DNA of 64,000 nucleotides from Escherichia coli 042 (GTDB lineage Bacteria; Pseudomonadota; Gammaproteobacteria; Enterobacterales; Enterobacteriaceae): NCBI RefSeq assembly GCF_000027125.1, contig NC_017626.1; one strand, 5' to 3'. Shown piece by piece: positions 51,742 to 64,000 of this stretch (position 1 is its first letter; each line of letters starts with the position of its first letter). The notes under the pieces were generated by a model. It saw only the letters and a program-made list of their open reading frames with translations, ran no database searches and was not told where the DNA came from. The position numbers and the translations under genes were made by a program.

Positions 51742-51834
51742 TGCAAATGGTCCGTGGTGACTGTCGGCGCAGTAAGCTTCGCGAAATAGATTTAGGAATA
51801 AGCGAAGAAAAATCCCTTTGCCGACAGGCGCAAA

Positions 51835-52497
51835 TTAAATCTCGTCAGGTGTACGCAGGTTGGTTACGGCAATGCGTTCACCGCGCTTGCGTTCGCGCTC
51901 TGATTGCATATTGGCGCGATAAACGCCCTGATCGCCAACCACCCAGGAGAGCGGACGACGTTCTTTACCGATAGATTCCTGCAACAGCATCAGTGCCTGC
52001 ATGTACGCTTCAGGACGTGGCGGGCAGCCCGGGATATACACATCAACCGGGATGAATTTATCAACGCCCTGCACAACGGAATAAATATCGTACATACCGC
52101 CAGAGTTGGCACAGGCACCCATTGAGATAACCCATTTTGGTTCCAGCATCTGGTCATACAGACGCTGAATAACCGGTGCCATTTTGGTAAAGCAGGTTCC
52201 TGCCACCACCATCAGGTCAGCCTGACGCGGCGAAGCACGCAATACTTCTGCGCCAAAACGCGCCACGTCATGCACCGCGGTAAACGAAGTCACCATCTCA
52301 ACGTAACAGCAGGAAAGACCGAAGTTATACGGCCAAATTGAGTTTTTACGACCCCAGTTAACCATGTCATTGAGCTTGCCCATAAACACGTTTTTGTTAA
52401 CTTCTTGCTCCAGAGGGTCGGTTACGATCTCCTGCTTTTGCAGGGGGTAACGGTCGTTCTCACCGTTGGGATCTATGCGGGTGAGCGTATAATCCAT
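51835..52497 (-). CDS. nuoB: NADH:quinone oxidoreductase subunit B
   Basis: 220 aa with the CCxxE...GxCxxxGG N2-cluster motifs. Confidence 0.95.
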
Positions 52498-52512
52498 CTT
52501 AATGCCTCGCGG

Positions 52513-52956
52513 TTAGCGTTGACGATTAGCGATACTGTTCGTTTCCGGGTTCATACGCTCGCGGCGTGAACGCGCGGGCGTCCAGTCCAGCGCGCCAATA
52601 CGCACCAGATAAACCAGACCTGCCAGTAACACAAAAATAAAAATTGCAGCTTCCACAAAGCCTACCCAGCCGCTTTCGCGGATAGAGGTTGACCATGCGA
52701 ACAGATACAGCGCTTCAACGTCGAAGATAACGAAGAACATGGCCACCAGATAAAACTTGGCGGACAGGCGTAAGCGGGCGGAGCCGACCGAGTCGATACC
52801 GGATTCAAACGGCACGTTTTTCGACCTCGCGCGTGCGCGACCGCCTAAAAACCAACCGCCTACCAGCATCAGGCAACACAGGCCAATGGCAACGATAAGA
52901 AAGATAGCGAATGCCCAGTGATGAGCGATGACTTCAGTGGATGTTGACATACTCAT
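52513..52956 (-). CDS. nuoA: NADH:quinone oxidoreductase subunit A
   Basis: 147 aa, first gene of the operon. Confidence 0.95.
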
Positions 52957-53500
52957 TGCTTACTCATCAAAAGTAGCGCCAGATTCACTGCTCTTCACGG
53001 CAGATGGACGCCACATCGATTCATGGGGAGGAATAAAAAAAACCTTACAATCACTGTAGAAACTCTTTTATACAGCTAATTGATGTGGTCTTTTACTCCT
53101 TTCTATAACCTTTTGTCAACTTTAACAAAAGTTTCTTCACATTAGTTTACATAATATCAACACTATTAGCATTTAATGCCCTTTCACCCCAGATCCTTGA
53201 CGACTCCAGGATAATTAGATGTTGTTGAATCGTGTCCGTTGTGAAGCAATGGAAAAAATACGGGTCTATTTTGACAGGAATTTGTGTCGATTCCTCCCCC
53301 CAAAAGAGAGTATTTTCTTGATCTGTGACACGCTTTTGTCATTCCATAACAAAAACGCAGCAACAAATTTACGTATTTTTTAACATCATTGTAGCAGGTG
53401 ATTTTTTTCAGGCGATTATTTGTGCGTTCGGGACGTGAATCTCTGGTGATTGAAAAATGAACAGTTTTGTGCGTTCTGCACGATACGAGGAAGGCTTTTT
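52957..53500 (-). promoter_or_regulatory. nuo operon promoter / 5' leader region
   Basis: About 540 bp AT-rich non-coding region upstream of nuoA; individual promoters not resolved by eye. Confidence 0.5.
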
Positions 53501-53502
53501 AC

Positions 53503-53548
53503 TAAAAAAAAGCCGCTGGGGTTTAAAACACCCCCAGCGGCTCGTTTT
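53503..53548 (-). terminator. rho-independent terminator downstream of lrhA
   Basis: 10-bp stem GCCGCTGGGG / CCCCAGCGGC with an A8/T5 tract, 40 bp after the lrhA stop. Confidence 0.75.
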
Positions 53549-53585
53549 TACACTATTGTCTCAGAAATTATCTATGGTCCGTCGA

Positions 53586-54527
<942 letters not shown>

Positions 54528-55443
54528 TTATCACTTACTGGCGGCTCATACTGAGCTGGTTAATGCTGTGCACACACAAACAAGCAATTCCATTTGTAAT
54601 GTGCCTCCCTGGCAGTTTCATCCGGAACCCGGACGAAAGTAAAAATGCATATGAGTTGCACTAAAAAAGTGACTCACATTGTTCCGTTATAATGCCTGAA
54701 GTAGATCACAGAATATATCTTCAGGAATCGCATATCTATTAAGTTACTCACTCTTTTGTATTTATGACATGCGCGTGTTTGTATAAATGTAAATGTGAGT
54801 CCTTGTTCCACTCTCGTGCAGCATCGCTGGTCATACGCGAACACGTACAAACAGCAATGGTGAGGCGGCATCAAGAGCAGGGATCCGTCATTTATGCGAG
54901 CATTTTACCCCAAAAACCTTTTATTTATAAGGGTCATTGCGAATTATCTGATGCAAAGTTATGTTATGTTAGGCAAAGTAATCTTCTATTATTAATAAGC
55001 ACAACAAAACCTTTTTGAATATTAAATAATAATTAATTAGCATCATCCTCATTCATTAATCCCGCTTAACAATAGTTTCACACCTTGCACCCATTACGAC
55101 ACCTCGGAAATCATCACGCTGTTAAACTCTCCGTAATGCGGAAATATCATCATCACGATTCATTAGTGAATTCTTAAACGAGGCATTTTCAAACAATTAT
55201 CTTACAGATAAAAAAACCACACTCACAATTAAGAATCAGAACAATTCACTACATAACATTAATTATTAAGCATATACACCTCATTATTTTGCCATTATTA
55301 AGTTATTAACAGCACAATCAAGCCTTCCCCTCTGGCAAAATCTTATTCTGCAGACCTTCAAAACGCCGTCCTGGGGGAGTACATTGTTCTAAGCTGACTT
55401 CCACGGCAGGGAGTGGCGATAACAGCAAAAAAGGTCAAGATTC

Positions 55444-56661
55444 ATGTCCCCCATTGAAAAATCCAGCAAATTAGAGAATGTCTGTTACGACATCCGTGGT
55501 CCGGTGCTGAAAGAAGCAAAACGCCTGGAAGAAGAAGGTAACAAGGTACTGAAACTGAACATCGGCAATCCTGCCCCGTTCGGTTTTGACGCGCCAGATG
55601 AAATCCTCGTTGACGTGATTCGCAACCTGCCTACCGCTCAAGGGTATTGCGATTCCAAAGGGCTTTACTCCGCGCGTAAAGCCATCATGCAGCACTACCA
55701 GGCTCGTGGCATGCGTGATGTTACCGTGGAAGATATTTACATCGGCAATGGTGTATCGGAGCTTATCGTTCAGGCAATGCAGGCATTGCTGAACAGCGGG
55801 GACGAAATGTTGGTTCCTGCACCTGATTACCCACTATGGACCGCGGCGGTTTCGCTCTCCAGCGGTAAAGCGGTGCATTATCTTTGCGATGAATCCTCTG
55901 ACTGGTTCCCGGACCTTGATGATATTCGCGCTAAAATTACGCCTCGTACGCGTGGGATCGTTATTATCAACCCAAATAACCCAACCGGCGCGGTATATTC
56001 CAAAGAGCTTTTAATGGAGATAGTGGAGATTGCACGTCAGCATAATCTCATTATCTTCGCCGATGAAATTTATGACAAAATTCTCTACGACGACGCTGAG
56101 CATCACTCAATTGCGCCGCTGGCACCTGATCTGCTGACCATTACCTTTAACGGACTGTCGAAAACGTACCGCGTTGCTGGCTTCCGTCAGGGGTGGATGG
56201 TGTTGAACGGGCCGAAAAAACACGCCAAAGGTTACATCGAAGGTCTGGAAATGCTGGCTTCAATGCGCCTGTGTGCTAACGTTCCTGCGCAACACGCCAT
56301 TCAGACCGCACTAGGCGGTTATCAGAGCATCAGTGAATTTATTACTCCCGGCGGGCGTCTTTATGAGCAGCGTAACCGCGCGTGGGAATTGATCAACGAT
56401 ATTCCGGGCGTTTCCTGCGTGAAACCGCGCGGTGCGCTGTACATGTTCCCGAAAATCGACGCCAGGCGCTTTAACATTCACGACGATCAGAAAATGGTGC
56501 TGGATTTCCTGTTGCAGGAAAAAGTTCTGTTGGTGCAAGGGACGGCATTCAACTGGCCGTGGCCGGATCACTTCCGCATTGTCACTCTGCCGCGAGTCGA
56601 TGATATCGAGCTGTCTTTGAGTAAGTTCGCGCGTTTCCTTTCTGGTTATCATCAGCTGTAA
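55444..56661 (+). CDS. alaA: glutamate-pyruvate aminotransferase AlaA
   Basis: 405-aa PLP class-I aminotransferase recognised as AlaA/YfbQ. Confidence 0.93.
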   Translation: MSPIEKSSKLENVCYDIRGPVLKEAKRLEEEGNKVLKLNIGNPAPFGFDAPDEILVDVIRNLPTAQGYCDSKGLYSARKAIMQHYQARGMRDVTVEDIYIGNGVSELIVQAMQALLNSGDEMLVPAPDYPLWTAAVSLSSGKAVHYLCDESSDWFPDLDDIRAKITPRTRGIVIINPNNPTGAVYSKELLMEIVEIARQHNLIIFADEIYDKILYDDAEHHSIAPLAPDLLTITFNGLSKTYRVAGFRQGWMVLNGPKKHAKGYIEGLEMLASMRLCANVPAQHAIQTALGGYQSISEFITPGGRLYEQRNRAWELINDIPGVSCVKPRGALYMFPKIDARRFNIHDDQKMVLDFLLQEKVLLVQGTAFNWPWPDHFRIVTLPRVDDIELSLSKFARFLSGYHQL

Positions 56662-56670
56662 TCTTAATTT

Positions 56671-56700
56671 CACTGCCGGAGATTGCATCCGGCAGTGTTA
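56671..56700 (+). terminator. putative hairpin terminator after alaA
   Basis: 9-bp stem CACTGCCGG / CCGGCAGTG followed by TTATC (weak U-tract). Confidence 0.45.
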
Positions 56701-56744
56701 TCCCGCCACAATGACCTGATGATGTCATCATACGTAAGGTCACT

Positions 56745-57344
56745 ATGAAACAGAGCCATTTTTTTGCCCATCTCTCCCGCCTGAAACTCATTAACCGCTG
56801 GCCGCTAATGCGCAATGTGCGGACGGAAAATGTGTCCGAACACAGTTTGCAGGTAGCGATGGTCGCCCATGCGCTGGCAGCTATCAAAAATCGTAAATTT
56901 GGCGGTAATGTCAACGCCGAACGTATCGCTTTACTGGCGATGTACCACGATGCCTCAGAAGTGCTTACCGGCGATCTCCCTACCCCGGTGAAATACTTCA
57001 ATTCGCAAATCGCTCAGGAATACAAGGCTATAGAAAAAATCGCTCAGCAAAAACTGGTCGATATGGTTCCGGAAGAGCTGCAGGATATTTTTGCGCCGTT
57101 AATTGACGAGCATGCATATAGCGATGAAGAAAAATCGTTGGTGAAACAGGCAGATGCACTATGTGCATATCTGAAATGTCTGGAAGAACTCGCGGCGGGA
57201 AATAATGAATTCTTGCTGGCAAAAACGCGACTGGAAGCGACGCTTGAAGCGCGCCGCAGCCAGGAGATGGACTACTTCATGGAAGTCTTTGTTCCCAGCT
57301 TCCATCTTTCGCTCGATGAGATTAGCCAGGATTCACCGCTGTAA
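56745..57344 (+). CDS. yfbR: 5'-deoxynucleotidase (HD domain)
   Basis: 199 aa with an HD motif ([10 protein letters not shown]...YHDASE). Confidence 0.9.
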   Translation: MKQSHFFAHLSRLKLINRWPLMRNVRTENVSEHSLQVAMVAHALAAIKNRKFGGNVNAERIALLAMYHDASEVLTGDLPTPVKYFNSQIAQEYKAIEKIAQQKLVDMVPEELQDIFAPLIDEHAYSDEEKSLVKQADALCAYLKCLEELAAGNNEFLLAKTRLEATLEARRSQEMDYFMEVFVPSFHLSLDEISQDSPL

Positions 57345-57357
57345 GCAGCCGGAGTCT

Positions 57358-57397
57358 GCGTCGCATCAGGCAATAAGCGCCGGATGCGACATCAGGC
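57358..57397. repeat. REP-like palindromic element between convergent yfbR and yfbS
   Basis: GTCGCATC ... GATGCGAC stems; the reverse strand contains GCCTGATGCGACGC. Confidence 0.5.
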
Positions 57398-57402
57398 TCT
57401 TG

Positions 57403-59235
57403 TCAAAACGGAAACAGCATCGGGATCATCACCACACAAACCGCCATCACGATAATGGTGAACGGTACCCCCAACTTCACAAAGTCACTGAAGCTGTAAT
57501 TTCCCGGACCTAAAACCAGTGTGTTAACAGGTGAAGAAACCGGTGTCATAAAGGCGGCGGATGCTGCCATCGCCACGACCATCGCAAATGGATAAGGCGA
57601 CACACCCATCGTTTTGGCAGCAGCCAGCGCAATCGGAGCCATCAACACCGCCGTTGCGGTATTAGAGATAAATAGCCCAATAACCGCCGACAAGACAAAC
57701 AAACAACCCAGCATCATATGTGGCCCGTAACCGCCGCCAATGTCCATCAGCCCTTTCACCGCCAGCGCGACACCTCCCGTTTTCTGTAATGCCACAGCAA
57801 ACGGCATCATCCCAACGATCAAAATAATGCTCGGCCAGTGAATGGATTTATAGGCGCTTTCAGCATCGATACAACGGAATTTCCCCATCAGCAGGCAGGC
57901 GATGATAGCGGCAACAGGATTAGGGATTTCATCGGTAAGCATTAACGCTACCATCAACACCAGGCAAAAAATGGCATGAGGTGCCTGACTGTGTGCTGGC
58001 GATGCTTCACTCACTTCTTCTGGTAAGTTCAGCGCCACAAAGTCACGCCCCTGTTTTGCCAGCATACCGATCAGTTTCCAGTTACCCACAACCAGGATGA
58101 TATCGCCCAGCAGCAGAGGCTCATCCGCCAGCGAACCTTCCATCGCCTCGCCATTGCGCTTTAGCCCCACCACATTCAGTCCGTAGCGGGTACGAAAACC
58201 AATTTCGCGCACCGATTTACCAATAAGTTCTGACTCAGGAATTAATGAAATCTCTGCCATGCCCACATCAAGTGCCTGGTCAGAAAAATACTCGCCGCGT
58301 AGTACCATCGGCTCCAGCAACTGCTCACTACAAAATTGCCGGAGATCGACATCAGCCGCAGACATATCAATAAGCAAAACGTCACGCGCGCGAAATTCAG
58401 AAACCCCGTTAACATTCACGATAACGCGACGAAAACGCCGCCAGCGTTCAACACCGATGACGTTAGCGCCATAACGCTCACGTAATTTGAGATCGTCCAG
58501 CCGTTGACCAATCATTGGCGAACCGGGGCGAATAGCCAGACGACGCGCACGCCCGGTCAGTCGATATTCACGGATAAGATCGCGAAAGGTTCGACGCGTC
58601 CAGCCTTCGCGCTGTGGGGTCTGGGTATCCCCTTTCAGCATGAAACGCATCACTAACATATACAAAATACCCAGCACCAGCACGACCAGGCCAATAGGTG
58701 TTACGCTAAAGAAACTAAAACCATGATAGCCTTCACGCAGCAATTCACTGTTGACTACCAGGTTCGGCGGCGTCGCCACCAGCGTCATCATGCCGCTTAT
58801 CAGCCCGGCAAAACTTAACGGCATCATCAGGCGCGACGGCGACGTTTGCATACGCATGGCAACGCTTAACACCACGGGAATAAAGATAGCGACAACGCCG
58901 GTTGAACTCATAAACGCGCCAAGCCCCGCGACGGTCAGCATCAACAAAACCAACATTTTGATTTCACTGTTGCCCGCCACTTTGACCAGCCATGTCCCCA
59001 TTACAGTGGCAACACCGGTACGGACCAAACCATCGCCAATAATGAACAAGGCGGCAATCAGGACAACGTTAGGATCGGAAAAGCCGGAAAATACTTCGGG
59101 GACAGTCAGCGTTCCGCTTAATGCAAACGCGACAATAACAAACAAAGCGACCGCATCCATACGCACTCTGCCCGTCGCAAACAAGACGATGGCAACGGCC
59201 AGTAATGAAAGAACCCAAATCAATTCACCGTTCAC
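57403..59235 (-). CDS. yfbS: putative anion transporter with TrkA-C domains
   Basis: 610-aa polytopic membrane protein recognised as YfbS. Confidence 0.88.
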   Translation of the reverse strand: MNGELIWVLSLLAVAIVLFATGRVRMDAVALFVIVAFALSGTLTVPEVFSGFSDPNVVLIAALFIIGDGLVRTGVATVMGTWLVKVAGNSEIKMLVLLMLTVAGLGAFMSSTGVVAIFIPVVLSVAMRMQTSPSRLMMPLSFAGLISGMMTLVATPPNLVVNSELLREGYHGFSFFSVTPIGLVVLVLGILYMLVMRFMLKGDTQTPQREGWTRRTFRDLIREYRLTGRARRLAIRPGSPMIGQRLDDLKLRERYGANVIGVERWRRFRRVIVNVNGVSEFRARDVLLIDMSAADVDLRQFCSEQLLEPMVLRGEYFSDQALDVGMAEISLIPESELIGKSVREIGFRTRYGLNVVGLKRNGEAMEGSLADEPLLLGDIILVVGNWKLIGMLAKQGRDFVALNLPEEVSEASPAHSQAPHAIFCLVLMVALMLTDEIPNPVAAIIACLLMGKFRCIDAESAYKSIHWPSIILIVGMMPFAVALQKTGGVALAVKGLMDIGGGYGPHMMLGCLFVLSAVIGLFISNTATAVLMAPIALAAAKTMGVSPYPFAMVVAMAASAAFMTPVSSPVNTLVLGPGNYSFSDFVKLGVPFTIIVMAVCVVMIPMLFPF

Positions 59236-59321
59236 AACTTATCCTTGTTAATTGAGGGGGATGACTTGATTCTGCCATAAAAAAGCCCCGACGAGACGGG
59301 GCTAAATCATGATCAGGTGTT

Positions 59322-59972
59322 TCACTGAATAATAACATCGCCATTTGGCTGTTTGGTCACAGTAATTTGCTCCAGACTGTGGAGGACTAAATCGACCTCA
59401 TTCAGGCGCGGGGTATCTGCCGGAGCGTTAACCGCAATGACATGACAACCCGCAGCCAGGCCAGAAAGCACGCCAGCGGGAGCATCTTCCACCACCACAC
59501 ACTCCTGCGGCGCAAGCCCCAGCAGCTGCGCGCCTAGCAGATACGCATCAGGTTCTGGTTTTCCGCGCTTCACTCGCTCAGCGGTCACAAACACCTCTGG
59601 CGCGGGAAGCCCAGCTATTTTATGGCGCGCTCGCGCTACCGGCATGGAGCCAGAAGTCACAATGGCCCACGGAATACCTGCTTTATTCAAATGATTGAGT
59701 AAGGCGATTGCCCCCGGAAGTGCGGTAATACCTTCGGTTTCCGTGGCCTCGATGTGCTCCAGACGCGTAAACTCGGCGGCAATGTCTGCCTCGGATTTGC
59801 CCGCCATAAAATGGCGCAAAGAGGTGATCGCCTGTTTACCGTGAATAAAAGCCAGCACCTCTTCCGGCGCTAACCCATGACGTCTGGCCCAGTTGCTCCA
59901 CGCCCGTTCTACCGCAGGCAGGGAATCCACCAGCGTTCCATCAAGATCAAACAGAAAACCTTTGCACCGCAC
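59322..59972 (-). CDS. yfbT: HAD-family sugar phosphatase
   Basis: 216 aa with the HAD motif FLFDLDGTLVDS; recognised as YfbT/HxpA. Confidence 0.9.
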   Translation of the reverse strand: MRCKGFLFDLDGTLVDSLPAVERAWSNWARRHGLAPEEVLAFIHGKQAITSLRHFMAGKSEADIAAEFTRLEHIEATETEGITALPGAIALLNHLNKAGIPWAIVTSGSMPVARARHKIAGLPAPEVFVTAERVKRGKPEPDAYLLGAQLLGLAPQECVVVEDAPAGVLSGLAAGCHVIAVNAPADTPRLNEVDLVLHSLEQITVTKQPNGDVIIQ

Positions 59973-59982
59973 GCGGGCCTCC

Positions 59983-60558
<576 letters not shown>

Positions 60559-61014
60559 TTACAAATCATCAAGGAAAGTTTTATCCAGTTGTTTGAAGGC
60601 GCGCTTAAGCGTGTCAGCTAATGCCTGGTAATCAGGCTTGCCTTCAACGGGTGCCAACACCTGTCCAGACTCCTGCAATTTACCGCGAACTTCATAAAAC
60701 CAGTTAAGGATTGCAGGGGGTAATGGCGTTACAGAACGTTTGCCCAGCCACCACAATCCCTGCATGGGTAAACTTAAAGCGAACAGCGCAGTGGCAACTG
60801 CCGGCCCAAGCTGACCGCCCAGGGCAATCTGCCAGCAGAGAGTAAATACGGCGATCGGCGGCATAAAACGGATCGCATAACGCGTCATCTTGATAACGCG
60901 ATTTTCGACAAAGACCGGGGCAAGGCGTTTTTCCAGCGGCCACGTCTTTGAGTAATGCTGTCCCCGGCGAAACAAGCTAAAAAAATTAACAGAACGATTA
61001 TCCGGCGTTGACAT
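60559..61014 (-). CDS. yfbV: UPF0208 inner-membrane protein YfbV
   Basis: 151 aa with two predicted transmembrane helices. Confidence 0.88.
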
Positions 61015-61351
61015 GCTTCACCTCAACTTCACATATAAAGATTCAAAAATTTGTGCAAATTCACAACTCAGCGGGACAACGTTCAAAACATTTTGTCTTC
61101 CATACCCACTATCAGGTATCCTTTAGCAGCCTGAGGGCCTAAGTAGTACATATTCATTGAGTCGTCAAATTCATATACATTATGCCATTGGCTGAAAATT
61201 ACGCAAAATGGCATAGACTCAAGATATTTCTTCCATCATGCAAAAAAAATTTGCAGTGCATGATGTTAATCATAAATGTCGGTGTCATCATGCGCTACGC
61301 TCTATGGCTCCCTGACGTTTTTTTAGCCACGTATCAATTATAGGTACTTCC

Positions 61352-62554
61352 ATGTCGAGTAAGTTAGTACTGGTTCTGAACTGCGGTAGTTCTTCACTGA
61401 AATTTGCAATCATCGATGCAGTAAATGGTGAAGAGTACCTTTCTGGTTTAGCCGAATGTTTCCACCTGCCCGAAGCACGTATCAAATGGAAAATGGACGG
61501 CAATAAACAGGAAGCGGCTTTAGGTGCAGGCGCCGCTCACAGCGAAGCGCTCAACTTTATCGTTAATACTATTCTGGCACAAAAACCAGAACTGTCTGCG
61601 CAGCTGACTGCTATCGGTCACCGTATCGTACACGGCGGCGAAAAGTATACCAGCTCCGTAGTGATCGATGAGTCTGTTATTCAGGGTATCAAAGATGCAG
61701 CTTCTTTTGCACCGCTGCACAACCCGGCTCACCTGATCGGTATCGAAGAAGCTCTGAAATCTTTCCCACAGCTGAAAGACAAAAACGTTGCTGTATTTGA
61801 CACCGCGTTCCACCAGACTATGCCGGAAGAGTCTTACCTCTACGCCCTGCCGTACAACCTGTACAAAGAGCACGGCATCCGTCGTTACGGCGCGCACGGC
61901 ACCAGCCACTTCTATGTAACCCAGGAAGCGGCAAAAATGCTGAACAAACCGGTAGAAGAACTGAACATCATCACCTGCCACCTGGGCAACGGTGGTTCCG
62001 TTTCTGCTATCCGCAACGGTAAATGCGTTGACACCTCTATGGGCCTGACCCCGCTGGAAGGTCTGGTCATGGGTACCCGTTCTGGTGATATCGATCCGGC
62101 GATCATCTTCCACCTGCACGACACCCTGGGCATGAGCGTTGACGCAATCAACAAACTGCTGACCAAAGAGTCTGGCCTGCTGGGTCTGACCGAAGTGACC
62201 AGCGACTGCCGCTATGTTGAAGACAACTACGCGACGAAAGAAGACGCGAAGCGCGCAATGGACGTTTACTGCCACCGCCTGGCGAAATACATCGGTGCCT
62301 ACACTGCGCTGATGGATGGTCGTCTGGACGCTGTTGTATTCACCGGTGGTATCGGTGAAAATGCCGCGATGGTTCGTGAACTGTCTCTGGGCAAACTGGG
62401 CGTGCTGGGCTTTGAAGTTGATCATGAACGCAACCTGGCTGCACGTTTCGGCAAATCTGGTTTCATCAACAAAGAAGGTACCCGTCCTGCGGTGGTTATC
62501 CCAACCAACGAAGAACTGGTTATCGCGCAAGACGCGAGCCGCCTGACTGCCTGA
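61352..62554 (+). CDS. ackA: acetate kinase
   Basis: 400 aa starting [20 protein letters not shown]. Confidence 0.96.
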   Translation: MSSKLVLVLNCGSSSLKFAIIDAVNGEEYLSGLAECFHLPEARIKWKMDGNKQEAALGAGAAHSEALNFIVNTILAQKPELSAQLTAIGHRIVHGGEKYTSSVVIDESVIQGIKDAASFAPLHNPAHLIGIEEALKSFPQLKDKNVAVFDTAFHQTMPEESYLYALPYNLYKEHGIRRYGAHGTSHFYVTQEAAKMLNKPVEELNIITCHLGNGGSVSAIRNGKCVDTSMGLTPLEGLVMGTRSGDIDPAIIFHLHDTLGMSVDAINKLLTKESGLLGLTEVTSDCRYVEDNYATKEDAKRAMDVYCHRLAKYIGAYTALMDGRLDAVVFTGGIGENAAMVRELSLGKLGVLGFEVDHERNLAARFGKSGFINKEGTRPAVVIPTNEELVIAQDASRLTA

Positions 62555-62559
62555 TTTCA

Positions 62560-62589
62560 CACCGCCAGCTAAGCTGGCGGTGCTGTTTT
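62560..62589 (+). terminator. hairpin (attenuator/terminator) between ackA and pta
   Basis: 10-bp stem CACCGCCAGC / GCTGGCGGTG followed by CTGTTTTG. Confidence 0.6.
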
Positions 62590-62628
62590 GTAACCCGCCA
62601 AATCGGCGGTAACGAAAGAGGATAAACC

Positions 62629-64000
62629 GTGTCCCGTATTATTATGCTGATCCCTACCGGAACCAGCGTCGGTCTGACCAGCGTCAGCCTTGGCGTGATC
62701 CGTGCAATGGAACGCAAAGGCGTTCGTCTGAGCGTTTTCAAACCTATCGCTCAGCCGCGTACCGGTGGCGATGCGCCCGATCAGACTACCACTATCGTGC
62801 GTGCGAACTCTTCCACCACGACGGCCGCTGAACCGCTGAAAATGAGCTACGTTGAAGGTCTGCTTTCCAGCAATCAGAAAGATGTGCTGATGGAAGAGAT
62901 CGTCGCAAACTACCACGCTAACACCAAAGACGCTGAAGTCGTTCTGGTTGAAGGTCTGGTCCCGACACGTAAGCACCAGTTTGCCCAGTCTCTGAACTAC
63001 GAAATCGCTAAAACGCTGAATGCGGAAATCGTCTTCGTTATGTCTCAGGGCACTGACACCCCGGAACAGCTGAAAGAGCGTATCGAACTGACCCGCAACA
63101 GCTTCGGCGGTGCCAAAAACACCAACATCACCGGCGTTATCGTTAACAAACTGAACGCACCGGTTGATGAACAGGGTCGTACTCGCCCGGATCTGTCCGA
63201 GATTTTCGACGACTCTTCCAAAGCTAAAGTAAACAATGTTGATCCGGCGAAGCTGCAAGAATCCAGCCCGCTGCCGGTTCTCGGCGCGGTGCCGTGGAGC
63301 TTTGACCTGATCGCGACTCGTGCGATCGATATGGCTCGCCACCTGAATGCGACCATCATCAACGAAGGCGACATCAATACTCGCCGCGTTAAATCCGTCA
63401 CTTTCTGCGCACGCAGCATTCCGCACATGCTGGAGCACTTCCGTGCCGGTTCTCTGCTGGTGACTTCCGCAGACCGTCCTGACGTGCTGGTTGCCGCTTG
63501 CCTGGCTGCCATGAACGGCGTAGAAATCGGTGCCCTGCTGCTGACTGGCGGCTACGAAATGGACGCGCGCATTTCTAAACTGTGCGAACGTGCTTTCGCT
63601 ACCGGCCTGCCGGTATTTATGGTGAACACCAACACCTGGCAGACTTCTCTGAGCCTGCAGAGCTTCAACCTGGAAGTTCCGGTTGACGATCACGAGCGTA
63701 TCGAGAAAGTTCAGGAATACGTTGCTAACTACATCAACGCTGACTGGATCGATTCTCTGACTGCCACTTCTGAGCGCAGCCGTCGTCTGTCTCCGCCAGC
63801 GTTCCGTTATCAGCTGACTGAACTTGCGCGCAAAGCGGGCAAACGTATCGTTCTGCCGGAAGGTGACGAACCGCGTACCGTTAAAGCAGCCGCTATCTGT
63901 GCTGAACGTGGTATCGCAACTTGCGTACTGCTGGGTAATCCGGCAGAGATCAACCGTGTTGCAGCGTCTCAGGGTGTAGAACTGGGTGCAGGCATTGAAA
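62629..64000 (+). CDS. pta: phosphate acetyltransferase, 3'-partial (runs off the window end)
   Basis: GTG start at 62629 giving (M)[30 protein letters not shown]; open to the window end. Confidence 0.93.
   Translation, partial: MSRIIMLIPTGTSVGLTSVSLGVIRAMERKGVRLSVFKPIAQPRTGGDAPDQTTTIVRANSSTTTAAEPLKMSYVEGLLSSNQKDVLMEEIVANYHANTKDAEVVLVEGLVPTRKHQFAQSLNYEIAKTLNAEIVFVMSQGTDTPEQLKERIELTRNSFGGAKNTNITGVIVNKLNAPVDEQGRTRPDLSEIFDDSSKAKVNNVDPAKLQESSPLPVLGAVPWSFDLIATRAIDMARHLNATIINEGDINTRRVKSVTFCARSIPHMLEHFRAGSLLVTSADRPDVLVAACLAAMNGVEIGALLLTGGYEMDARISKLCERAFATGLPVFMVNTNTWQTSLSLQSFNLEVPVDDHERIEKVQEYVANYINADWIDSLTATSERSRRLSPPAFRYQLTELARKAGKRIVLPEGDEPRTVKAAAICAERGIATCVLLGNPAEINRVAASQGVELGAGIE

Overview
This window is an Escherichia coli-type chromosomal segment, syntenic with the K-12 glp-rhm-arn-men-ela-nuo-lrhA-ackA/pta region, and almost entirely well-known core genes on both strands. 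In order: an AT-rich unknown ORF cut by the window start; glpQ-glpT (minus) and glpABC (plus); Rpn-family nuclease gene yfaD with its duplicated C-terminal module ypaA; rhmA and a 5'-altered rhmT; an IS200/IS605-family element (divergent tnpA/tnpB); yfaY, yfaZ, nudI, ais; arnBCADTEF; pmrD; menE-C-B-H-D-F (minus); elaB, elaA, rbn, elaD; yfbK, yfbL, yfbM; the complete nuoN-to-nuoA operon (minus); lrhA; alaA, yfbR, yfbS, yfbT, yfbU, yfbV; ackA and the 5' part of pta. No rRNA, tRNA or CRISPR array was seen. I do not find a convincing wholly new multi-gene system. The points worth a second look are: (1) the IS element sitting where K-12 carries rhmR-rhmD, leaving rhmA and a truncated rhmT; (2) the TnpB RNA-guided nuclease of that element and its likely omega RNA; (3) a +1 frameshift in menC at a C7 homopolymer; (4) the yfaD/ypaA internal-start tandem duplication, reminiscent of Rpn toxin / small-antitoxin pairs; (5) the AT-rich foreign-looking gene at the 5' edge; (6) the low-GC deubiquitinase-like elaD. 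Gene names are assigned from recalled protein sequences and gene order, not from a database search; coordinates of regulatory sites and hairpins are hand-counted and approximate.
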